Part shown: positions 1-9,129 of the stretch, in pieces | Position numbering within the stretch: position 1 is the stretch's first letter | Layout: each line of letters opens with the position of its first letter | Source of the DNA: Trichoplax adhaerens | Lineage: Eukaryota; Animalia; Placozoa | Direction of reading: 5' to 3' | Assembly: GCF_000150275.1 (NCBI RefSeq) | Contig: NW_002060974.1 | Coordinates: 12,090-26,113, forward strand | DNA: 14,024 nucleotides | Program-made: the position numbers and the translations under genes | The notes under the pieces: generated by a model | What the model saw: the letters and a program-made list of their open reading frames with translations, nothing else | Databases searched by the model: none | What the model was told of the DNA's origin: nothing

Positions 1-1900
1 TAATCTAAGTAACGATGTTCCACATAGTTTATAGTTAATCTATTCCATATCGTTTGTTAGTAACGATGTTCCACATAGTTTATAGTTAATCTATTCCATA
101 TCGTTTGTTAGTAACGATGTTCCACTTGGTTTATAGTTAATCTAAGTAACGATGTTCCACATAGTTTATAGTTAATCTAAGTAACAATGTTCCACATAGT
201 TTATAGTTAATCTAAGTAACGATGTTCAATGTTCCACATAGTTTAAAGTTAATCTATTCCATATCGTTTGTTAGTAACGATGTTCCACATAGTTTATAGT
301 TAATCTATTCCATATCGCTTGTTAGTAACGATGTTCCACATAGTTTATAGATTGGCTATTCCATATCGTTTGTTAGTAATGATGTTCCACATAGTTTATA
401 GTTAATCTATTTCATATCGTTTGTTAGTAACGATGTTCCACATAGTTTATAGTTAATCTATTCCATATCCGTTTGTTAGTAACGATGTTCCACATAGTTT
501 ATAGTTTGGATATTCCATATCGTTTCTTAGTAACGATGTTCCACATAGTTTATAGTCAGGCTATTCCATATGGTTTCTAAGTAACGATGTTCCACATACT
601 TTATAGTTTGGATATTCTATATCGTTTCTTAGTAACGATGTTCCACATACTTTATAGTCAGGCTGTTCCATATCGTTTTTTTAGTAACGATGTTCCACAT
701 AGTTTATATTTCGGATATTCTATACGGTTTCTTAGCAACGATGTTCCACATAGTTTATAGTCAGGCTATTCCATATCGTTTCTTAGTAACGATGTTCCAC
801 ATAGTTTATATTTCGGATATTCCATATCGTTTTTTTAGTAACGATGTGGAACATAGTTTATAGTCAGGCTATTCCGTATCGTTTGTTAGTAACGATGTTC
901 CACATAGTTTATAGTTCGGATATTCCATATCGTTTCTTCGTAACGATGTTCCACATAGTTTATAGTCAGGCTATTCCATATCGTTTCTTAGTAATGATGT
1001 TCCACGTAGTTTATAGTTAACCTGTTCTATATCGTTTCTTAGTAACGATATTCCACATAGTTTATAGTTAATCTATTCCATATCGTTTGTTAGTAACGAT
1101 GTTCCACATAGTTTATAGTCAGGCTATTCCATATGGTTTCTTAGTAACGATGTTCCACATAGTTTATAGTTAACCTGTTCCATATCGTTTGTTAGTAACG
1201 ATGTTCCACATAGTTTATAGTTCACCTATTCCATCTCGTTTGTTAGTAGCGATGTTCCACATAGTTTATAGTATACCTATTCCATATCGCTTCATAGTAA
1301 CGATGTTCCACATAGTTTATAGTTTAGATATTCCATATGGTTTGTTAGTAACGATGTTCCACATAGTTTATAGTTAATCTATTCTATATCGTTTGTTTAG
1401 TAGCGATGTTCCACATAGTTTATAGTTAACCTGTTCTATATCGTGTCTTAGTAACGATGTTCCACATAGTTTATAGTTAACCTATTCCATATCGTTTTTT
1501 AGTAACGATGTTCCACATAGTTTATAGTTAACCTATTCTATATCGTTTCTTAGTAACGATATTCCACATAGCTTATAGTTAACCTGTTCCATATCGTTTC
1601 TTAAAAATGATGTTCCACATAGTTTATATTTTAGATATTCCATATCGTTTCTTAGTAACGATGTTCCACATAGTTTATAGTCAGGCTATTCCATGTCGTT
1701 TGTTAGTAACAATGTTCCACATAGTTTATAGTTCGGATATTCCATATCGTTTCTTAGTAATGATGTTCCACATAGTTTATAGTTTGGATATTCTATGTCG
1801 TTTGTTAGTAGCGATGTTCTACATAGTTTATAGTTTAGATATTCCAAATCGTTTCTTCGTTACGATGTTTCACATAGTTTATAGTTTTTATATTCCATAT
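1..1900. repeat. Tandem array A1, 51-bp unit (GTAACGATGTTCCACATAGTTTATAGT-[6-nt variable]-ATTCCATATCGTTT(G/C)TTA), roughly 37-38 copies, including several 35-bp deletion variants near the start
   Basis: Unit starts at 9, 60 and 111 (period 51), then 146, 181 and 216 (period 35), then period 51 again to about 1900. Confidence 0.97.
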
Positions 1901-2182
1901 ACTTATTTACCGGATTATCACTATATTATTACAACTATATCACGTATCCTTTCATATTCTTATAGATTGCAACCGCTAATTACGGTGATTTACAAGACTA
2001 TACTTATTTTACAGTATTTATGTTCCACATAGTTTATCGTAACGATGTTCCACTTACCGTAGCTTACTGTTTTTTATGTTCTAATTAGTTGGTTTTACAT
2101 TACGCATTGTTTAGTTTACAGAATAGTTTTAATGTTCCACATAGCTTATAGTCTAAATGTTCCCCATAGTTTAGGGTTTAGT

Positions 2183-2207
2183 TTAAGCCCTTGTTCTCGC
2201 GATTTGT
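2183..2207 (+). pseudogene. Short fragment of the 28S rRNA 3' terminus
   Basis: TTAAGCCCTTGTTCTCGCGATTTGT, followed by the shared TTTTTGAAAGTG.AGAATGTTCCACATAGACTATAA trailer. Confidence 0.75.
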
Positions 2208-2269
2208 TTCTTTTTGAAAGTGGAGAATGTTCCACATAGACTATAAACTTTGACATTTTCATATCGTTT

Positions 2270-2860
2270 CTAAGTAACGATGTTCCACATAGTTTAAAGT
2301 TAATCTATTCTATATCGTTTCTAAGTAACGATGTTCCACATAGTTTAAAGTTAATCTATTCCATATCGTTTCTAAGTAACGATGTTCCACATAGTTTAAA
2401 GTTAATCTATTCCATATCGTTTCTTAGTAACGATGTTCCACATAGTTTATAGTTAATCTATTCCATATCGTTTCTTAGTAACGATGTTCCACATAGTTTT
2501 TAGATTGGCTATTCCATATCGTTTCTAAGTAACGATGTTCCACATAGTTTATAGTTAATCTATTCCATATCGTTTCTTAGAACGATGTTCCACATAGTTT
2601 TTAGATTGGCTATTCCATATCGTTTCTAAGTAACGATGTTCCACATAGTTTATAGTTAATCTATTCCATATCGTTTGTTAGTAACGATGTTCCAAATAGT
2701 TTATAGATTGGCTATTCCATATCGTTTCTAAGTAACAATGTTCCACATAGTTTATAGTTAATCTATTCCATATCGTTTGTTAGTAACGATGTTCCACATA
2801 GTTTATAGTTAACCTATTCCATATCGTTTGTTAGTAACGATGTTCCACATAGTTTATAGT
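2270..2860. repeat. Tandem array A2, same 51-bp unit, about 11-12 copies
   Basis: Same consensus as A1, dominated by the TAATCT and ATTGGCT variants seen at the start of A1. Confidence 0.95.
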
Positions 2861-2929
2861 ATCTATGTTCCACATAGCTTATAGTCTTTGTTGTGTTCCA
2901 CATATGTTCTTGTTTGCATGTTCCAAATA

Positions 2930-3005
2930 GTATTGTAAGTGGTAGAGTAGTCATAGTCTTTTTACTACGATCCACTGAGATTAAGCCTTTGTTTTCGCGA
3001 TTTGT
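2930..3005 (+). pseudogene. Duplicated fragment of the 28S/LSU rRNA 3' terminus (longest copy)
   Basis: GTATTGTAAGTGGTAGAGTAG...TACGATCCACTGAGATTAAGCCTTTGTT...GATTTGT matches the conserved eukaryotic LSU 3' end as I recall it (yeast 25S ends GTATTGTAAGCAGTAGAGTAGCCTTGTTGTTACGATCTGCTGAGATTAAGCCTTTGTTGTCTGATTTGT). It carries a small TAGTC duplication. Confidence 0.88.
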
Positions 3006-3059
3006 TTGTTTTTGAAAGTGTAGAATGTTCCACATAGACTATAAGCTTTTACATTTTCA

Positions 3060-3690
3060 TATCGTTTCTTTGTAACGATGTTCCACATAGTTCACAGTTT
3101 GGATATTCCATATAGTTTACAGTATTTATGTTCCACTTAGCTGTTGGTTTCATTTTCCGCATTGTTTAGTTTACAGTATAGTTACAATGTTCCACATAGC
3201 TTATAGTCTGCGTCTCACAAAGTTTAGGGTTTATATTCGCATTCTTTTGTTTACAGTATAGTTTTAATGTTCCACATAGCTTATCGTGTTTATTTTCTAC
3301 GTCGGTTATCGTTTTTATGTATCTCATACTGTAGTTGATGGTTTTATATTCCGTATACATTAGTTTGCGGTGTAGTTTCATTGTTCCACATAGTTTATCG
3401 TCTTTATATTCCACATAGGTTATCGTTTTATGTTTCACGTAGTTAATCGTTCGATATTCGGCATTCTTTAGTTTATAGTATGGTTTTAATGTTCCACATA
3501 GTCCATAGTTTCCATGTTCCACTTAGTTTATCATATTTATGTTCCATATAGGTTATCGTTCTTATATTTCACATAGTTCATCATTTTCTATTCTGTATTC
3601 TGTAGTTTACAGTATAGTTTTAATGTTCCACACATCTTATCGTTTATATGTTTCAAATAGTTGATCGTTTTATATTTCATATACTGTATA
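3060..3690. repeat. Degenerate ~24-25-bp monomer array related to arrays A and B
   Basis: Recurring (A)TGTTCCACATAG(T/C)TTATCG-like cores with many substitutions. Confidence 0.8.
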
Positions 3691-3716
3691 TACTGTATTT
3701 TATAATTGTAATGCAC

Positions 3717-3866
3717 CACCCGAAACCGGATAATTTACCGCATTAATATAATTTTACGCTGTAAAATATTAAATCCACCCTCGTAAAACAGATAATTTGC
3801 TGCATTAGATTAATTTTACGGTGTATAGGATTGAACGCTATAAAGTATGCAATTCACCCTCGTAAA
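3717..3866. repeat. Diverged ~59-bp tandem duplication (CACCC...GATAATTT...GCATTA...TAATTTTACG.TGTA) plus a partial third copy
   Basis: Copies start at 3717 and 3776; a partial CACCCTCGTAAA lies at 3855. Confidence 0.75.
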
Positions 3867-3917
3867 TATCAAATCTATATTGATATTGTTTACATCCTAT
3901 ACTACTACCTTGTACAG

Positions 3918-4610
3918 CCGCGTCAAGTTGTCCTAGACCGTTCTCCACCTGGTTTATCAATACACTGTGTTTATTTTAAGGACTACTAGAAAGAGGAAAG
4001 TAAGCAGTATTTTCTAGTAATCCAGGATTGTTCCTGTAATACTACTTCCCTATATTAACTACAATCGACTCACAAGAATGAGTAAGACTCCGTTAATATA
4101 AAAAGTTTTAAAGTTTTATTACGATGTTAAAATACAGGCATTAAAAACTACAGATATAATATCAAAAGAATATCTACTGTGACTTCTCCAAGCTAACCTA
4201 TGAATGAATCTATCTACCTCTACAATTATATTAGCCTCCTTACATATCTATCTTTGATGTAAATATTTACATCAAAACTCTATCACAATTTTCCATATAC
4301 AAAATAGTATATCGTAACGGCTACAGTATAGGAGCCCTTTAACATGATCCGCGTCTTGTTTATATCGCCTCGAACCTTGTTCCTCAGCTCCTCGACCAAT
4401 AGTCAATCTTCTAGGGCTTCCACCTGCGCTTCTCACCAAGAGGCCCATTAACACCGCTACATCTTTCCGATTCCCACCAATAGATAATCAATAGCATATA
4501 TTGCACTAACATAGGAGGAACTGACACCATGTTCCACACAACAAGAGACAATTTAATATTACCGTTACAGTTCTGTTTTGTTTTTCAGGATCTAGTACAA
4601 TTTGACGCGG
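3918..4610. mobile_element. MITE-like element with 20-bp terminal inverted repeats (about 153 bp once the nested insertion is removed)
   Basis: CCGCGTCAAGTTGTCCTAGA (3918-3937) against the reverse complement of TCTAGTACAATTTGACGCGG (4591-4610) matches at 18/20. The left end is preceded by TA-CAG, reminiscent of Tc1/mariner ends. No clean TSD on the right. Confidence 0.55.
4035..4569 (-). mobile_element. Solo-LTR-like element (535 bp) nested in a TIR element
   Basis: Ends TGTAA...TTACA. Flanks are GTTCC (4030-4034) and GTTCT (4570-4574), one mismatch. Candidate minus-strand TATA (~4360) and AATAAA (~4114-4120); strand is tentative. Confidence 0.65.
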
Positions 4611-4639
4611 ACAATTTGCCATTTTCTCATCAGTTTCTT

Positions 4640-5262
4640 GGTAACAGTGTTCTACATAGTCTATCGTTATCTTGTTTTGTATAGTATAGCTTATCGCTCT
4701 AATGTTCTACATAGTCTATCGTTATCTTGTTTTGTACAGTATAGTTTATCGTTCTAATGTTCCTCTTAGTCTACCGTTATCTTGTTTTGTATAGTTTATC
4801 GTTCTAATGTTCTACGTAGTCTACCGCTATTTTATTTTGTATAGTTTATCGTTCTACTGTTCCACTGTTACAACTTCCAAATTTTGTAACAAGTACTAGA
4901 TCTGCACTCAACAAGGAGACCCAGTAATTAAGTTGAAGAACTAACTTTATTGTTAAACTAATGAGTTTATATACTTTCTTTATTGTGACCTTTGATCTAC
5001 TGGCGTAGATCACAAGATCATCACTAAGAGAAAGGTTTCCCTAGTTTAGACATTACAAATAGAATATCATACCGAGTATGGCAACATGAGAATACATATA
5101 TAGATAACCTTAATATAGTACCATAACTACATCTATATACGCATGACGTGATACCATCGTGATATTTAACCATATATAGAAAGAAGGTAACATACTAATT
5201 ATGTAACTATCACAGAACATGACATCCACACGGTCTATCGTTATCTTGTTTTGTATAGTTTA
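4640..5262. repeat. Short array C (~50-55-bp unit, GTTCTAATGTTCTACATAGTCTATCGTTATCTTGTTTTGTATAGTTTATC), interrupted by the insertion at 4866-5224
   Basis: About 4-5 copies at 4640-4865, resuming at 5225. A further related copy lies at about 5580-5630. Confidence 0.85.
4866..5224 (-). mobile_element. Solo-LTR-like element (359 bp)
   Basis: Ends TGTTA...TGACA. Exact TSD TCCAC at 4861-4865 and 5225-5229. Minus-strand TATATAAA (4966-4973) is followed by AATAAAG (4945-4951). The block 4937-4980 resembles 5885-5928. Confidence 0.8.
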
Positions 5263-5452
5263 TTTCTAGTTATTTGAGTACTTTATACGATACAGATCAG
5301 TTTTATTCCAAATTTTAATTACTTTTCACGTTATGCTTATTCTAGTGCTTAATACGCTAATCATACATTGTCAACAGCTTAACTCTTCGAATACTCTCTA
5401 TTTATGCTTTTTATTGTAGCTCCGGATCCCTACAAAAAAAGTCGATATTGTT

Positions 5453-5508
5453 TAGAGTAGTCTTGTTACTACGATCCACTGAGATTAAGCATTTGTTCTC
5501 GCGATTTT
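5453..5508 (+). pseudogene. Duplicated fragment of the 28S rRNA 3' terminus
   Basis: TAGAGTAGTCTTGTTACTACGATCCACTGAGATTAAGCATTTGTTCTCGCGATTT, followed by a T-tract and the same trailer as the other copies. Confidence 0.85.
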
Positions 5509-5744
5509 TTTCTTTTTGAAAGTCTAGAGTGTTCCACGTAGATTATAAACTAAACTGCCATTTTCTCATCAATCTCTAAGTAACAATGTTCCACGTAGTC
5601 TTTCGTTATCTTGTTTTGTACAGTATAGTTTTTTATTTTTTTTAAGTGTAGAATGTTCCACGTAGACTAACGTTTATTAGTAACGATGTTCCACATAGTT
5701 TATAGTTTTCATATTCCATATAGTTTACAGTATTTATGTTCCAC

Positions 5745-6187
5745 TGTCACAAACCCAGCTTCGTGACAAGGATAACGTAAAACAAATCTCTAAATTACTA
5801 TAGTCTCCGGGATTCAGTATCCCTTAACTACCTCACAAGAATTTAGACGCCTTTGATTCTACGTTAAACTCAACTAGACAATTGAGAACTACTTTATTCA
5901 ACTATCTGACGGGCTTATATACCCTTCTACAGCAGCTAACATTCATGAGTCATCTTATAAAAATACTTAGGTGAGAACATCTACTAACTAATTTTTCGCA
6001 GTCGGATTACAATATGTCCATTCCCAGAATCATTTCAGTGCACATTACAGCACAACATTAAATTTACTGTAGCACATTTATAATTAGAGTAATTCGTATT
6101 GTAAGTAACTAGTTGTAATATATTATCACTATATTATATTAACCAAATTTAGATAGCTATTTCTTCACGGTAGTTCGTACCGTGACA
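5745..6187 (-). mobile_element. Solo-LTR-like element (443 bp)
   Basis: Perfect terminal inverted ends TGTCAC...GTGACA. Exact 5-bp TSD TCCAC at 5740-5744 and 6188-6192; removing the element restores an intact repeat unit. Minus-strand TATATAA (5915-5921) is followed by AATAAAG (5892-5898). Strand is inferred from these motifs. Confidence 0.85.
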
Positions 6188-8520
6188 TCCACATAGTTTA
6201 TAGTTCTAATAATTCATACACTTTACAGTATTTATGTTCCAAATAGTTTATAGTTTTCATATTTCATATAGTTTACAATATCTATGTTCTAAATAGTTTA
6301 TAGTTCTAATAATTCATATAGTTTACAGTATTTATGTTCCACATAGTTTTTAGTTTTGATATTCTATATAGTTTACAGTATTTATGTTCCACAAAGTTTA
6401 TAGTTTTGATATTCCATATAGTTTACAGTATTTATGTTCCACATAGTTTAAAATTTTGATATTCCATATATTTTATTGTTTTCATATTCCATATAGTTTA
6501 TAGTATTTATGTTCCACGAAGTTTATGGTTCTCATATTCCATATAGTTTACATTATTTATGTTCCACATAGTTTATAGTTCTCATATTCCATATAGTTTA
6601 CTGTATTTATGTTCCACATAGTTTTTAGTTTTCATATTCTAAAAATTTAACTGTATTTATGTTCCACATAGTTTATAGTTTTCATATTCCATACAGTTTA
6701 CAGTATTTATGTTCCAAATAGTTTATAGTTCTAGTAATCCATATAGTTTACTGTATTTATGTTCCACATAGTTTTAAGATTTTATTATCCATACAGTTTA
6801 CAGTATTTATGTTCCACATAGTTTATAGTTTTCATATTCCATATAGTTTACAGTGTTTATGTTCCACATAGTTTATAGTTTTCATATTCCATATAGTTTA
6901 CAGTATTTATGTTCCACATAGTTTATAGTTTTCATATTCCATATAGTTTACAGTATTTATGTTCCACACAGTTTGTAATTCTCTTATTCCATATAGTTTA
7001 CAGTATTTATGTTCCTCATAGTTTATAGTTTTCACATTTCATTTAATTTACAGTATTTATGTTCCACCTAGTTTTTAGTTTTCATATTCTATATAGTTTA
7101 CAGTATTTGTGCTCCACATAATTTAGTTTTTATATTCCATATAGTTTACAGTATTTATGTTCCACATAGTTATAGTTTTAATAATCCATACAGTTTACAG
7201 TATTTATGTTCCAAATAGTTTTTAGTTTTGATATTCTATATAGTTTACAGTATTTATGTTCCATATAGTTTATAGTTTTCATATTCCATATAGTTTACAG
7301 TACTTATGTTCCACGAAGTCTATAGTTTTGATATTTCATATAGTTTACAGTACTTTTATTTTCCACATAGTTTATAGTTCTCATATTCTATATAGTTTAC
7401 AGTATTTATGTTCCACGAAGTTTATAGTTTTCATATTCCATATAGTTTACAGTATTTATGTTCCACATAATTTATAGTTTTGATATTCCATATAGTTTAC
7501 AGTATTTATGTTCCATATAGTTTATAGTTTTCATATTCCATTTAGTTTACAGTATTTATGTTCCACTTAGTTTATAGTTTTGATATTCTATATAGTTTAC
7601 AGTATTTGTGTTTCAAATAGTTTATAGTTTTGATATTCCATATAGTTTACTGTATTTATGTTCCACATAGTTTATAGTTTTGATATTCCATATAGTTTAC
7701 AGTATTGATGTTCCACGAAGTTTATAGTTCTAATATTCCATATAGTTTACAGTATTTGTGTTCCACATAGTTTATAGATTTCATATTCCATATAGTTTAC
7801 AGTATTTATGTTCCACATAGTTAATAGTTCTAATATTCCATATTGTTTACAGTATTGATGTTCCACATAGTTTTTAGTTTTGATATTCTATATAGTTTAC
7901 AGTATTTATGTTCCACATAGTTTATAGTTCTCATATTCCATATAGTTTACAGTATTTATGTTCCACGAAGTTTATTGTTCTCATATTCCATATAGCTTAC
8001 AGTATTTATGTTCCACATAGTTTTTAGTTTTGATATTCCATATAGTTTACAGTATTTATGTTCCACGTAGTTTATAGTTCTCATATTCCATATAGTTTAC
8101 AGTATTTATGTTCCATATAGTTTATAGTTCTCATATTCTATATAGTTTACAGTATTCATGTTCCACATAATTTATAGTTTTCATATTCCATATAGTTAAC
8201 AGTATTTATGTTCCACATAGTTTATAGTTCTCATATTCCATATAGTTTATAGTATTTATGTTCCACATAGTTTATAGTTCTCATATTCTATATAGATTAC
8301 AGTATTTATGTTCCATATAGTTTATAGTTTTCATATTCTATATAGTTTACAGTATTTATGTTCCATATAGTTTATAGTTTTCATATTCCATATAGTTTAC
8401 AGTATTTATGTTCCACATAGTTTATAGTTTTCATATTCTATATAGTTTATAGTATTTATGTTCCACATAGTTTATAGTTTTCATATTCCATATAGTTTAC
8501 AGTATTTATGTTCCACGTAG
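6188..8520. repeat. Tandem array B, 50-bp unit (CAGTATTTATGTTCCACATAGTTTA-TAGTTTTCATATTCCATATAGTTTA), about 46 copies; its first unit lies at about 5690-5744, before the insertion
   Basis: Regular 50-bp periodicity; each unit is two related 25-mers. Confidence 0.97.
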
Positions 8521-8787
8521 CTCATAGTTGCAAGGTTCCACATAGTTTATCGTAACGATGTTCCACTTACTGTAGGTTATCGTTGTTGGTTTTATATTAC
8601 GCATTGTTTAGTTCACAGTATAGTTTCAATGTTCCACATAGCTTATAGTCTAAATGTTCCTTATAGTTTAGGGTTTATATTTCGCACTCTTTAGTTTACA
8701 GTACAGTACACTCAGTATACAGTATTGTATAATGTGCACTTGGTGAAGTTCACGTGAAATCTAAACTTCACTCACGTTCTTTAGTTA

Positions 8788-9044
8788 GGACCATAGGGAT
8801 GAACCACAATGATTAGGACTTGCACGTGTTAGGAAGGCTTACTATGTATAAATAGTGCAGAAATCTATAGTGTTACATAGAATAGCTATATTGGGACCAT
8901 AGGGAAGAACTGTAATGGTTAAAAACTTCTACAGTAAGTGTTAGGAATACTTACTGTAGATTCTGCAGATAGACTAAGGTATGATCTGCCGTTGAGGGTA
9001 TGATTCTGCAGATACCCTGCGGTATAATTTGCCGTCGAGGGTAT
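8788..9044. repeat. Two adjacent diverged tandem duplications (periods 106 bp and 43 bp)
   Basis: GGACCATAGGGA.GAAC...GTGTTAGGAA..CTTACT at 8788 and 8894. GATTCTGCAGATA...GGTAT.AT.TGCCGT.GAGGGTAT at 8959 and 9002. Confidence 0.8.
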
Positions 9045-9129
9045 AAAATCCAGAAGTTTTAAAGAGAGAGTCGAGATGAAGCACATGGTTCGTCGCTGTG
9101 TTGTTAACATAAATACCGTACGGTACCAG

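Noticed and set aside
1189-2032. ORFs 1189-1377 and 1607-2032 with 17-aa repeats (MFHIVYS...)
   Set aside because: A consequence of the 51-bp (17-codon) unit. Neighbouring units contain stops and frameshifts.
2170-2180. TTAGGG telomere-like motif (also near 3224 and 8668)
   Set aside because: Single copies within the duplicated closing module, with no tandem run.
2814-3522. Minus-strand ORFs of 73 and 118 aa
   Set aside because: Translations of degenerate repeats and of the antisense 28S fragment.
4272-4454. 60-aa minus-strand ORF within the LTR-like insert
   Set aside because: Short, with no recognisable gag, pol or transposase motif.
5415-5434. Small hairpin TGTAG...CTACA followed by an A-run, upstream of the third 28S fragment
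   Set aside because: A 5-bp stem is expected by chance, and no associated TSD or element boundary was found.
1-8520. CRISPR-like appearance of regularly spaced, partly palindromic repeats
   Set aside because: The intervening sequence is itself repeated, with only about 6 variable nt and no unique spacers. There are no cas genes, and the context is eukaryotic rDNA.
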